Below are positions 25,207 to 38,055 of a DNA stretch of 64,000 bases, piece after piece (positions within the stretch are counted from its first letter, which is position 1; each line of letters begins with the position of its first letter). The DNA is from Octopus vulgaris (lineage: Eukaryota), in contig OX597814.1 in the NCBI GenBank assembly GCA_951406725.2, forward strand, positions 3,100,001-3,164,000, read 5' to 3'. The notes under the pieces are model-generated. The model was not told where the DNA came from. It did not search any database and saw only the letters and a list, made by a program, of their open reading frames with translations. A program made the translations under genes and the position numbers.

Positions 25207-25272
25207 AATCATCATCATCATCATCATCGTCATCATCATCGTCATCATCCTCGTCATCATCATCATCATCAC
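24710..25272. repeat. Long interrupted (CAT)n microsatellite
   Basis: Direct reading, with recurring cttcatcatcgc interruptions. Confidence 0.95.
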
Positions 25273-25490
25273 AACCACCACCACCTCATATTAGCTGTGC
25301 CACACCCAGTTGTCCGTCCGAGCACGAGAGTGTGTATGTGTGTGTATCTGCGTCTATGTATACTTGTCAATATGTATATCTGTGTCCACAATTGTGTCAA
25401 TATGTGTCTATAAATATATATACATGTACATATATATATAGAGAGAGAGAGAGACATATGCATATGTATTTATATGCAAATATATATATG

Positions 25491-25672
25491 TATATGCATA
25501 TATGGGTACATGACGTCACCAAGGATAAACCGACAACTGATGAAGGGTCGTTCTTTATGTTACTTGTCCTGCTCTCCATTTGTTTCTCTCGTTGTTTGCG
25601 TATTGAACTCATTTGTTTTCGTATTTCATGTTTTTTACTGCCGGTGACATCCTGTACCCATACATGCATATA
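25491..25672. mobile_element. Short element with 30-bp inverted termini in (TA)n, related to 4475-4650
   Basis: tatatgcatatatgggtacatgacgtcacc pairs with ggtgacatcctgtacccatacatgcatata. The internal gacaactgatgaaggg is shared with the minus strand near 4600-4617. Confidence 0.6.
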
Positions 25673-25683
25673 TATATATGTAA

Positions 25684-25774
<91 letters not shown>

Positions 25775-25789
25775 GCATACACATTTATT

Positions 25790-25836
<47 letters not shown>

Positions 25837-26230
25837 TCTCACAAGTGTTTCCATAATCTATAAGTCATAGATGTACTTCTCGATACTTTTAACCATTGTT
25901 TCTCCATCAGTAAATATCATTGACATTTCTCATGCATCATCGCATTGATCGACCAGCACTTTGTTTTCTACCATATGGTTGGGAAGAGGCTTCTTACCAC
26001 ACAGCCGCACCTGCACCAATGTATGGTGCAAGAGACACCCTTGCACCTAGAATGTTACCCTCTGAGGCACAAGTCCGGGCAAGGTTGTTTTGTTGAAGGC
26101 CAGCAGAGGCCCATGCATACCAGCCTCCTTTCTCCACACCACTGATGTTATCCAAGGGAAAGGCAAAGGGGCCGATACAGCTTGGCACCAGTGACGTCGC
26201 AACTCATTTCTACAGCTGAGTGAACCAATG

Positions 26231-26316
<86 letters not shown>

Positions 26317-27913
26317 CGTGTGTGTGTAAAACTTACTGTTAATGAAAGCCGGGGAGCGTCGCGTTCCGTTACTTAACAAATGAAAAAAATGCATAGTATA
26401 TAAACAATGAGACAATAAAAAAACGTACGAATGTATGCTGAGTGTAGAACCGGACGGGAGACAGATACAGAAGGTCGCTAATTCTTCATCGGTTATCAAC
26501 CAGATGGTATTACTTTCCATATCGGTGGTGGGTGCCCGCGAAAGTTGCAGGGGATATAGGGCCAAGAGCAAACAAAGGGGACATACGAAAGTGAATAAAT
26601 GTAATTTAAGACGATGGATAAAGACGAAATAAATAAGAAATGAGGAAAATATTAGCGTCAGGGCCAAAAAGACAAGAATGGTGGGTAACGCTTGTTAGAA
26701 AATAAATAGCAACTCAGTGGGACAGAGAGAATTTAGGACCAATCAGCAACACAACCGGTGTGGAAAAAAAGGAGAGTAAGAAAGGAAAGCCGACCACTGG
26801 TCACGTGTCAGCAGCAAGCAGAGGAGAAAGTGGACAAGAGAGAGGGAGAGAGAGAGCGACAGAGATAAAACAAGGGAAGGGATGAAGGGGGAAAAGGGGC
26901 GAAACAGGAGAAAAGAGGAGAAAGGCTAGGAATAGAAGAGCACGAAAGAGAGAGAAAAGAAGGAGAAAGAGTGAAGGCTGATGTCTGTCCCCGAGTGACC
27001 AAGGAGGGTCATCACTGACTGTTAAGAACATTGTGCATTCAGACAAATTTATTCTTTACACTTGTGGCTCCGCTGGCGACAAATGAGCCCCCAGCTTTTG
27101 ATTAACATACAGGTCCACAGATATTACCAACTAAACATATGTTTATTACACTGTCGGTGCGGTTTCGAGCAGTTCATCAAATTCTGTAAGAAAATTGAGT
27201 ATTTGTTAGAAAACACACATTCTTTCTTTTATTTGTTTCATGACAGGCATTGCTTTCCAAATTGACCTCCCATATTGCATACGCTTTCAACGAGGACTTT
27301 ACGAACAGCTTGGAACCACTAAAGATGTGGCCAGGTTTCTATAGAGAAAAGAGAACCATTTAGAGTATAATTATCAATGAAATTTTCCTTAATTATCATG
27401 GCTCTACTTTTCTCCGTAGAGCACTCTTCAACTACAAATATATTCTCAACCAAATTTTACCAATGAAACCCTTTGATTACTGTCTTGTTCTAGTGGACCC
27501 AGACAACCCAGATAACCATTTGATGTTTAAAAACTAGTACTATAGATACGTCTTTCAAAATCCCGTTTTTGTTTTTCACCCATTCGTTTGTGTGGGTTCG
27601 CAATAACGCTCCCTGTGAGAACATTGTCCAGTGGCCAGAAATATGTTGAACTATGTAAAACATTCGAGACAGAAACCTGTTTCATTGCAATAAATGAACA
27701 CAAAGTAAAATTTTGCCATGACTCTTAAAAATACTTCCATGGATCACCAATTTACTATTCTGGTTTAGTGAAGCCCACCAAAATCTTATATGCACCCACA
27801 GAACAAGAGGTATAGACTATAATAGTTCAAATAAATACACTGACATACAAGTATACCATGTCTGCCTACATTTTCTCCTATTAAAGTTAGCAAGACAGTG
27901 TTTATTAATAATA

Positions 27914-27958
27914 ATTACACCCGAAGAAACATTTTATGTCGAAACACTGAGTAGTAAT
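27914..27958 (+). ncRNA. Degenerate hammerhead-like motif
   Basis: attac(ac)-CCGAAGA-AACAT-ttt-ATGTC-GAAA-CACTGAG-TA-gtaat, just upstream of (TA)n. Confidence 0.4.
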
Positions 27959-27977
27959 ATCTGTAAATAATAGCCGG

Positions 27978-28048
<71 letters not shown>

Positions 28049-28904
28049 CAATCTTTAATCAAGCTATGAGTTCTCTTTCGCCTAATAGTGCTTTTATTCG
28101 TATTTAATACATACATACATACAAACATAATGTGTGTGTATGTTTAATCTAATAATACTCTTAATTCCATTAAGTTTATCTTCAAGTTAAGAGACTTGGA
28201 AATGTTTATATTATCATTATTGCAGTCCTTAATTAAAAAGTCAAAGAAATAAGACAGATAATGGGTTATAAAATATACATGAACTGATAGACGAGAGGGC
28301 GTTTGGTGAATATAATATAAGAGACTGCGTCTGTGCATATATATATATATATATATACATATGTCACGCATACACACACAGACACACAGATATATATATA
28401 CATATGTATATATTTATAAGCATGTATCTTCATGGTTGTATACATACATGCATTGGTATATACATACGTACATAAAAATGTGGATATGTGTGGGGAGGAG
28501 AGAGGGGAGATTTTGTATGTTTACCTAATTATGCAATGTTATGTTTAGAGAACAATGGGAAATTGACATTGTCGTATCCTATTGTCTGTTTAATGACAGC
28601 CATCAAGGGAGCGTCTGCGTCGCTACTCGACACGCAAGAATTAGCAGCCAAGTCTCTCGCTGATCACAGAAATAAATGACAAAGATATATGTTTGATAAT
28701 GTGGTGGAGTTCAGCGTGACGAGACCGCCACGGCTGCAACGCCTGCTGAATGCAGTCTGCCCTACCACTGTACAACTCCAACCACCAGGTCCTCTTTTCA
28801 GTCATTTTATGATCATGCCAGAGAGTGATACTGGTGGGGAGGGGTTGGGGTAAAAGTTCATTAGAATAATTGGTCTCTTAATTATATAATGGACAGTTGC
28901 CTTT

Positions 28905-29089
28905 TGCTTGTTTCAGGCACCGCCTTGAAAAAATTGGCAATCGGACGAATGGACTTTTATTTTGCAACATACATTACTCTTTCGGTACAATTTGCCGGAC
29001 CACTAAGTGATAGGGACGTAAAAATACCCACAGCGGTAGTGCGGAATAAACACAGACGCACGTGCACACACACACACACACACACACAC

Positions 29090-29124
<35 letters not shown>

Positions 29125-29355
29125 ATTTATTTATAAATATATATAGATAGATAGATAGATAGATAGAGTGTTCTCTAAACACACACATATGTGACGGGCT
29201 TCTTTCAGTTTTCGTCTAACAAATCCACTCACAAGACTTTGGTAGGTCCGGGACACTCGGTAAGAGACGCTCGCCCAGAGTGCCACGCAGTGGGACTGAA
29301 CCCAGAACCATTTGGTTGGGTAGCAAACTACATACCACGCAGCCACACCTGCGTC
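28905..29355 (-). mobile_element. SINE family B (diverged)
   Basis: Reverse complement match with the internal microsatellite. Confidence 0.75.
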
Positions 29356-29897
29356 TAGATTAAAAGAATGATACTCTGGGATTTTAAACAACAGACAAGA
29401 GAAAATATTGTAATCGTTGTTTTTTTTTCTGCTTTTGTTGTTGTTAGTGGCGGTGGCGGCGGCGGCGGTGGTGGTGGTGGTGGTGGTGGTGGGTGGTGGT
29501 GGTGGTGGGTGGTGGTGGTGGTGTTGGTGTTGATTTTCCTGTTGTTGTTAGTGTAGGTGGCGGCGGCGGCGGCGACGGTGGTGGTGGTGGTGGTGATGGT
29601 GGTGGTGGTGGTGGTGGTGGTTGTAACGTTATTTTTGACGGTGGAGGTGTTGGTGGTGGTGGTGCGGAGGGTGTACTATTAATCGTGGTGGTGGAGGTGT
29701 TGGTGTTGATTTTCCTGCTGCTGTTGGTGCTGTTGAGTATGACTTTAAAGTGCATCCGACCGTGGTTCTCTTGCTCGGGTTTCCAGGTTTTTGAGCAATG
29801 TAGAATCACTTCTTAGTAGCAATTCTTTACTCATTGTCTGCCAACAAGCCTAGTATGTGCATTCACTCTGTACCTCTTATACTAACTCATTTTTTTT

Positions 29898-29949
<52 letters not shown>

Positions 29950-30819
29950 TTCAACCTCACACTATACGATGTAAAACATGATTGGCGAATTCAACTACCC
30001 ACCCAACCAACCAACCAACCAACCAACCAACCACCCAACCAACCAACCAACCAACCGGCTATCATTATCAAATAGCGATTATTACATTCTACAATAACAG
30101 AAATCATTATTTCTATAAGAAAGGATCATTAAAAATAGATATTTAGAAATATATTTAAAACTTTCCATCGGCATTTGTTGTATTTCCGTTCCCAGTACGG
30201 CATGGGTGGAGTCGACGTTATCAAACCCTCACTGCCAGGATTTTATATACCACAGGAGACGTATAAAGGAACAGCAACCTAGGGGAGGGGGCAACAGACA
30301 TAATGGAACAATCTTTTTTTTTTTTCGGTAATTATATTTTCTTTGGCAGTTTTAGCCATCTGGTTCTACTAAATATGTGTTAAATCGCTGCTATTACACA
30401 CATTTCTACACCGAATCGTTTGTAATGCATCGCACACGTTACTCAGATATCGGTTCAAGCCCTACACAGGACCTGTACTTATCCGCAGAGAACACTGCAC
30501 TGTTCCAGTGTTTGGTTGATATGATGTGGAATTGGTCGGGGATTCTTATGTAATGACCTTTTGAAAGGCCAAGTGAACTTGAAACGCTGTATATCTTGTA
30601 AGACGGAAATAAAAGAATTATTTAATTGCCCCGATAAAACAAAATACCAGTCAACTAATCAATGGTCTCGACTATTCCTCCTCTCCTCAAACATCTGGGT
30701 TCTGTGAATGAACCCGAAAACATCCTTTCGGGATCAGTGAAATAAGTACAATCATCTATCTTATTTACTTGTCCACACCTTAAATCCTTAAATCCTTAAA
30801 AATAAGGATAAAATGTTTC

Positions 30820-31065
30820 AACCCGAAACCACCTCTGATATGTGGCACTTGGTCAACACGGGAGTTCGACGCCGCTGCCCGCATCTGTGTTTCCTGCCGA
30901 GAGGTAGGTTCATCTGGAACCCCTGACAAGAAGAGATCCAGTTTAGTTTTAAAGAAACCCACATCCACACCATGCAGGTTTCTCAGGCATTTAGGAAGGA
31001 TATTGAAGAGCTGTGGTCCCCTGAAACCCAAGCTGTTGCAGTGTCTGGTCCTGTATTTTGATGGT
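30820..31065 (-). mobile_element. LINE 3' fragment, same group as 5310-5985
   Basis: GFRGPQLFNILPKCLRNLHGVDVGFFKTKLDLFLSGVPDEP. Confidence 0.8.
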
Positions 31066-31460
31066 GATGTTAACTAAGAAGGGAAATGTTTTAACATTTT
31101 CAATTGTCATATGTCATATGACATATTCAATGGAGAAAAGCCTTTATGTTACCTTCTCGCACGACTGTCACGTGAGTTTAATACATTAACGTTAACCAAT
31201 CAAATTTCAACAGATAGCGTTCTGCTCCACATTCCCGCTTTAAAAACAAACTACATTTTTATAACAGCCTCCAGAATAATAGACATACTTCGCAACACAA
31301 CTCCATACACCGTACACTTTTGAAAATCTAATGTGAAACCGATTTAATTTATTCCTATATTTTGAAATATGATTAAATTTTTATAAATTCCAATCTATAT
31401 TTTTAACTTTCTTTCTTCTTTTCTTCTACTTGTTTGTATTAATAATGTATTAATAACAAT

Positions 31461-31852
31461 GCACAGGAGTGGCTGTGTGGTAAGTAGGTTGCTTACCAAC
31501 CACATGGTTCCGGGTTCAGTCCCACTGCGTGGCACCTTGGCCAAGTGTCTTCTACTATAGCCTCGGGCCGACCAAAACCTTGTAAGTGGATTTGGTAGAC
31601 GGAAACTGAAAGAATCCCGTCGTATATATGTATATATATGTATATGTGTGTGTGTTTCTCCCCCCAACATCTCTTGACAACCGATACTGGTGTCTTTGCG
31701 TCCCAGTAACTTAGCGGTTCGGTAAAAGAGACCGATGGAATAAGTACTAGGCTTACAAAGAATAAGTTCTAGGGTCGATTTGCTCGACTAAAGGCGGTGC
31801 TCCAGCATGGCCGCAGTCAAATAACTGAAACAAGTAAAAGAGAGTAAAAGAG
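31461..31852 (+). mobile_element. SINE family B
   Basis: Near-consensus sequence. Confidence 0.9.
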
Positions 31853-32243
31853 ACATACACACACACACATATATATTCTCACCTCCCCACCTCCCAACAC
31901 CATCACACCACACCACACACCACTACACCATATACCACCATACCACACAACACCACATCCCATCACACCACCACGCACACACTAGCACTGACCACTTCCC
32001 AGCCCCACATCCACACACCTACACATACACCCACGCACACGTCAAGGTCACCAGCCCTCTTCCACACGCACATACATACTCTCTTATGCACATGCACGCG
32101 CACCCTCGTTTTAAGATCACTGCTACTTTATTATCTCCCCTTCTTCCTAGCTCTCCTGTGTGACCCCTCTGTCCGGCATTCGCCATGATGGCTCGCTAGG
32201 CACTACACATTCTTTATTTTCTCCCTTGTTTGTTTCTGTGTTC

Positions 32244-32279
32244 CTTTCTGTGGAAGAGCGTAGGCTCGAAACGTTAAAA
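32244..32279 (+). ncRNA. Minimal hammerhead-like motif (same family as 35153-35190)
   Basis: TTT-CTGTGGAA-GAGC-gtag-GCTC-GAAA-CG-TT-AAA. The downstream ~95 nt match the 35060-35152 minus-strand flank. Confidence 0.55.
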
Positions 32280-32381
32280 ACATTCTCACTTCCCGAGCGG
32301 TAAACTAATATGTTTTTGTTTTCTACACCACCTGTCTTCATCTTTTTTTTTTTTTTTTTTGTGAATTCTCCTTATATTCAC

Positions 32382-32423
32382 AACTGTCCGACGAACGGGA
32401 ACGTGAAACCCTAAATAACAGTT
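32382..32423 (+). ncRNA. Hammerhead-like motif (U4C core), same family as 61088-61129
   Basis: AACTGT-CCGACGA-ACG-ggaa-CGT-GAAA-CCCTAAA-TA-ACAGTT, with AATAAA about 20 nt downstream. Confidence 0.55.
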
Positions 32424-32703
32424 CTGTGTTAATTTTGCAGCTTTAATAAAAGGTATGTGTGTGTATGTGTGCGTGTGTGTCTATGTGTGTATACGTACTA
32501 ATGTAGATCTGCATATGTGTATGTGTGTATGTGTGTATTTGTGTGGGTGTGATTGCTTTTGTGTGTAAAAAAGGGGAGTATATGTGTGTGTATATATATA
32601 TGCGTGTGTGTGTATAAATAAGTGTAGGTGTATCTGGTTGTGTGTGTGTCTGTAAGTATCATTGTGTGTGTGTGTGTGCGTGTGTGTGTGTGCATGTGTG
32701 TGT

Positions 32704-32760
<57 letters not shown>

Positions 32761-33414
32761 GAGGATTTTAATTGTAGAATACAGTTAGGAGTGTGTAGGA
32801 TTGGCAGAATGTTGTTGACTGCAACGTGGATTGTTGTTGCTGTTGTTGTTGTTGTTGTTGCTTTTGCTGTTGTTGTTGAAATTGTTATTTGGCTCTGTTC
32901 CGGCAGAGCTATAACCAAAAGACTCTTCACTCGTGACCATCTCGCCTTTAAGCATCTTGCACTTTACACTACATTTCCCAATCTAGACTTGACTTATTTC
33001 AAATAGGAAGGAGATTTAGTTGTTCCTTCTAGCAGGTCAATCAACGACGACATACAGACTCTTTCTTTGGCCGCAGCTGTTGTTGAGTCCCAGATAAACA
33101 ATAATTGACTCGTCATGCAATAAAGAGCTTTCTAACCACGACTTCCACGTCTTTGTAGGGGGGGTGCTACCGAATTATCTCCTCTATGCTTTCGGGGTCT
33201 GCAGTGCATCCTTTCTCTATTTAACAGTTATATCTGAGAGAGATTTTGGCTGTTGTTTCCAGCAAATTACACGACTTGTAAAAATTTCTCTCACTACTTC
33301 TTGCGATGGAGCAATTATCTGAGAGGTTCGACTACGCCACGGGGGACGAGTAGAAGTGGGTGTGTACTCACCACATCTCTCCTTACATACTACTTTCTCA
33401 TTCTCCCTCTCCCC

Positions 33415-33475
<61 letters not shown>

Positions 33476-33588
33476 TGTGTGTGTGTGTGTGTTTATAAAT
33501 AAGGATAAGATCGTTAATTTAAAAATAAAATAATGATTTTATCAAGTGGTCGGCATGGAAAAAAATAACCTTCAAAGGTAATAATTAT

Positions 33589-33710
33589 TAAAATTATAAA
33601 TTAGGGTATCTACAAGATACCAGCATGCTGAAAATAGCAGCCATGATCTGACTTTAACACCACCTAAATTGTCCATATATCAACGGTGGTATCTCGTAGA
33701 TGACCTAATT

Positions 33711-33720
<10 letters not shown>
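33589..33720. repeat. Inverted repeat (33-bp arms) abutting (TA)n
   Basis: taaaattataaattagggtatctacaagatacc pairs with ggtatctcgtagatgacctaatttataatttta. Confidence 0.75.
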
Positions 33721-33800
<80 letters not shown>

Positions 33801-33902
33801 TTAATATATTAATCTTAATTATATTTAATTTATATAAAAAAATTTATGTATTGGATTAAGTCTTTGTTTGATTTGCATAATAGTGGTTTTGTCTCTAATT
33901 AG

Positions 33903-33964
<62 letters not shown>

Positions 33965-34006
33965 ATATGTATGTATGCATGCATATATGTATGTATGTAT
34001 GTTATG

Positions 34007-34040
<34 letters not shown>

Positions 34041-34055
34041 TGTATGTATGTATGT

Positions 34056-34295
34056 ATATCGTTGCTATTATGCAAAAGTGTCGTAAGTCCAAAACGTTGC
34101 TTTTTCAGGAAGCAAAAAATGTAGTTTTACCATTCCATGGCAAAACCGTTGACAATTTCTTACACCTTGGCATCTGAAGCAAATAGAGATACGATAGTTT
34201 GACCAAAAGAACCGGCTGTTACAAGCAAAACTAAATACTGAAAAATGAGGGCATTTGGCCAAATTTGGACATACGACAGTTTAACATAATAGCAA

Positions 34296-34301
<6 letters not shown>
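34056..34301. mobile_element. MITE-like element with TIRs, in a TA context
   Basis: atatcgttgctattatg..gtcgtaagtccaaa pairs with tttggacatacgac..cataatagcaacgatat. Confidence 0.7.
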
Positions 34302-34373
<72 letters not shown>

Positions 34374-34509
34374 GTTTGGTGAAATAGAAAGATGAATAAT
34401 CTTGTGCAGATTAATCAAAAGTTTAACCGATACCTTGGTAGCAAAAATCACAGCAGAAGAAGGCACGGTTGGTGGTACAACCATATGGTGTTGCAACCGT
34501 GCGTTCACT

Positions 34510-34574
<65 letters not shown>

Positions 34575-34675
34575 TTAATCCAAACAAGAAAACAAAAACA
34601 AAAAAACACAACAACGCAAGGACGTGGAACAAATAAAGTATTATTGGACGCTCAGAAAAGAAGGGAAGAAGGAGG

Positions 34676-34710
34676 GTTTGACGTTTCGAGCGGAGCTCTT
34701 CGTCGGAAAC
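34676..34710 (-). ncRNA. Minimal type I hammerhead-like motif (CCGACGA core)
   Basis: GTTT-CCGACGA-A-GAGC-tcc-GCTC-GAAA-CG-TC-AAAC, with a palindromic ACGU stem III and a GUC triplet. Confidence 0.7.
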
Positions 34711-34947
34711 GTAGGAGAAGGAAAGATCCCGAGATGGGAAGACAGAGGGAAAAAATCGCTAGTGTGTATATATATGTGTGTATATATGTGTATGTATATA
34801 AATATATATATATATATACATATATAAGTATGTATGTTTTATGTATATATATACATATATATATACATACACACACAAGTATGTGTGTATTTCTCTTTCT
34901 GCACTCTATCTCCGCCCTCCTCTCTCACCCTCCCCAAGTGGTGTGTG

Positions 34948-34990
<43 letters not shown>

Positions 34991-35013
34991 TAATGTGTAT
35001 GTGTGTTTCTCAT

Positions 35014-35055
<42 letters not shown>

Positions 35056-35152
35056 TATATAAAGGGAAGGTTTACGAAAATAAACAAAAGACGAAGGCAG
35101 GTGGAGTACAAACAAACAAATGTATTAGTATAGCGCTGAGGAATAGAAAAAG

Positions 35153-35190
35153 TCTTTTACGTTTCGAGCCTACGCTCTTCGACAGAAAGA
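35153..35190 (-). ncRNA. Minimal type I hammerhead-like motif (CUGUCGA core)
   Basis: TCTTT-CTGTCGA-A-GAGC-gtag-GCTC-GAAA-CG-TA-AAAGA. Confidence 0.65.
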
Positions 35191-35254
35191 TACACCGAAA
35201 AAAACAAGGAGAGAAAAAAAATGTGTGTAGGATATATATGCATGTATATATATA

Positions 35255-35370
<116 letters not shown>

Positions 35371-35704
35371 TACATACATACACACACATTTATATATATA
35401 TCTACACCACCATCGCCCCATCCCTCAATCACACTCGCATCCACTGCTCCAGTTTTCCCATCGCAGCCACTTCAATATGATCTCAACGTACTTGGTCAGT
35501 AGGTGTATATGGATATATTTACATCTATGTATAAATGGGCGCATATTAATCAGTATGTGCGTGCGTGTGTGTGAGTGTGAGTGAGTGAGAGTGAGTGAGA
35601 GTGTGTGTGTGTGTCAGTGTCTGTGTGTGTTCATATATTGTTCTATGTGCGGTATGAATAAGTGGTTTTGTATTGGCATGCATGTACGTTTGTGTATATG
35701 GATT

Positions 35705-35714
<10 letters not shown>

Positions 35715-35746
<32 letters not shown>

Positions 35747-35806
35747 CATGTATATAAATACATATATATATATATATACATACATATATAAGTATGTATA
35801 TATATG

Positions 35807-35868
<62 letters not shown>

Positions 35869-35940
35869 AGTATGTGTGTATTTCTCTTTCTGCACTCTAT
35901 CTCCGCCCTCCTCTCTCACTCTCCCCAAGTGGTCTGTCTA

Positions 35941-35974
<34 letters not shown>

Positions 35975-36032
35975 TGTATATAAATACATATATATATATA
36001 TATACATACATATATAAGTATGTATATATATG

Positions 36033-36096
<64 letters not shown>

Positions 36097-36175
36097 AGTA
36101 TGTGTGTATTTCTCTTTCTGCACTCTATCTCCGCCCTCCTCTCTCACTCTCCCCAAGTGGTCTGTCTATGTATAT
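35715..36175. repeat. Tandem duplication of a microsatellite-rich unit of about 226 bp; third copy near 34770-34945
   Basis: The unique core cacaagtatgtgtgtatttctctttctgcactctatctccgccctcc occurs near 34873, 35865 and 36093. Confidence 0.85.
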
Positions 36176-36185
36176 GTGCGTGTGA

Positions 36186-36224
<39 letters not shown>

Positions 36225-36314
36225 TGTGTTTCTCTTTGAATGTTTGTTCCTCTCTTTTTCTCTGCTGTGTACGTGCATCCGTATGCCTCACTCTCTGTAG
36301 TGTCTTGTGTATGT

Positions 36315-36361
<47 letters not shown>

Positions 36362-37791
36362 CGTGCAGGTGTGTGTGTGAGAGAGAGAGAGAGAGACTTT
36401 AGAGCTATGTGTATGGATGTATACACACATACACATATATACATATATATTGATATTTGTGTGTGCGCGTGTGTGTGCGTTTAGTGAGTGAAAGTGTGTG
36501 TATGTGTGTGTGATGTGTATGCCTGTATATATGTATATGCATATGTGTGTCTGTGATTATAGGCCTCTCTTTATGTGTGTTAATATAGTAATATGTGCAT
36601 GTATGAATATATATAATTTTATATATATGAATATGTATATATATATATATGTATATGTGTATGTATGTATGTATATGTATATATATATATATGTATGTAT
36701 GTATGCGTAACTAATGAAATTGGACGTATGTCGTGCGTGTGTGTGCGTGAGTGCGTGCGTGTGTGTGTGCATGTGTGCATGTGTGTGTGTGTGCGTGTGT
36801 GTGTGTGTGTGTGTATCAGTGCTAGACATTAAACCAACGTAACCAACCGGTGGAGACAGTCAGACTGTTTAGACCCAGTGACGTCCGGCCGAAACACACG
36901 CTATTTGCTCATTAAGCCATCGATCGCAGCGCCATCTGATCAGTAATTGTACCAGTTCTCATCATTATTACCGACATATTCCTATCCGCCCGCCCGCCTC
37001 TCCTCCTCCTCCTCCAAACCGTTTCATTCCTCCTTCTTCTCTTTCTTTCCTTCTTTCTTTCCTCCTTTTTTTCATTCCTCCATCTTTTTTGTTAGCTTTT
37101 CTCTTTATTTTCTTCTTCTTACTTTTCCTTCAATCTTTACACTCTTTCCTCTTCTCTTTCCTCTTCTCCGTCTGTCTCTTTCATTCTCTTTTCATTTTCC
37201 TTCATTTATTCTCTCTGTGTATTTCCTCTTTCTCTATCTTCCACACTTTCTTCTTACCTCTTCTCCTTTGCTTCTTACTTTCCCTTCTCTTTCCTTCTTC
37301 CTTCTTCCTTCTCCGTTTTCCTTCTCTCTTATTCTATTAGCTTAGTAGCGTGTTAGAGAGAGAGACAGACAGACAGAGAAGGCTGCAACCAGTCGAATCA
37401 GTTATATTTCATGTTTTTTTGTTTTTGTTTTTTCCTTTTGCTCTCTTCTCTGCCCCGCGTTACGCAGCGAAAGACTTCTGCCGTACAAATATTTCGTACT
37501 TGAGAAGTCTGTGTGACTGTTTGCTACTGATGTTACAGGGGGTGCCGGGGGCAGTGTTGGTGGTCACAGTAGTCACAGGTGGTGATAATGGTGGTGGTGA
37601 TGGAGGTGGTTGTTTAGTTTTCCAGTAATGGCGGTGGTGGTGGTGGTGGTGGTGGTGGTGGTGACGTTGGCATGTCCGAATCACATTACCCAATGTCGTT
37701 TTTTTGCAGATGGTAGGGAGTGGTGGTTTAAGGGAAGGGTCGCTGTTATTTCTAGAAGGTCGAATGAACATATAAGGGAACCCACGAGAGC

Positions 37792-38055
37792 TGGTGGTGG
37801 TGGTGGTGGTGGTGGTGGTGGTGGTGGTGGTGGTGGTGGTGGTGGTGGTGGTGGTGGTGGTGGTGGTGGTGGTGGTGGTGGTGGTGGTGGTGGTGGTGGT
37901 GGTGGTGGTGGTGGTGGTGGTGGTGGTGGTGGTGGTGGTGGTGGTGGTGGTGGTGGTGGTGGTGGTGGTGGTGGTGGTGGTGGTGGTGGTGGTGGTGGTG
38001 GTGGTGGTGGTGGTGGTGGTGGTGGTGGTGGTGGTGGTGGTGGTGGTGGTGGTGG
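37792..38055. repeat. Perfect (GGT)n microsatellite of about 88 units
   Basis: Direct reading. Confidence 0.95.

Noticed and set aside
24682-25413. 243-aa poly-His ORF and overlapping poly-Met and poly-Ile ORFs
   Set aside because: Translation of a (CAT)n microsatellite, with no domain or splice context.
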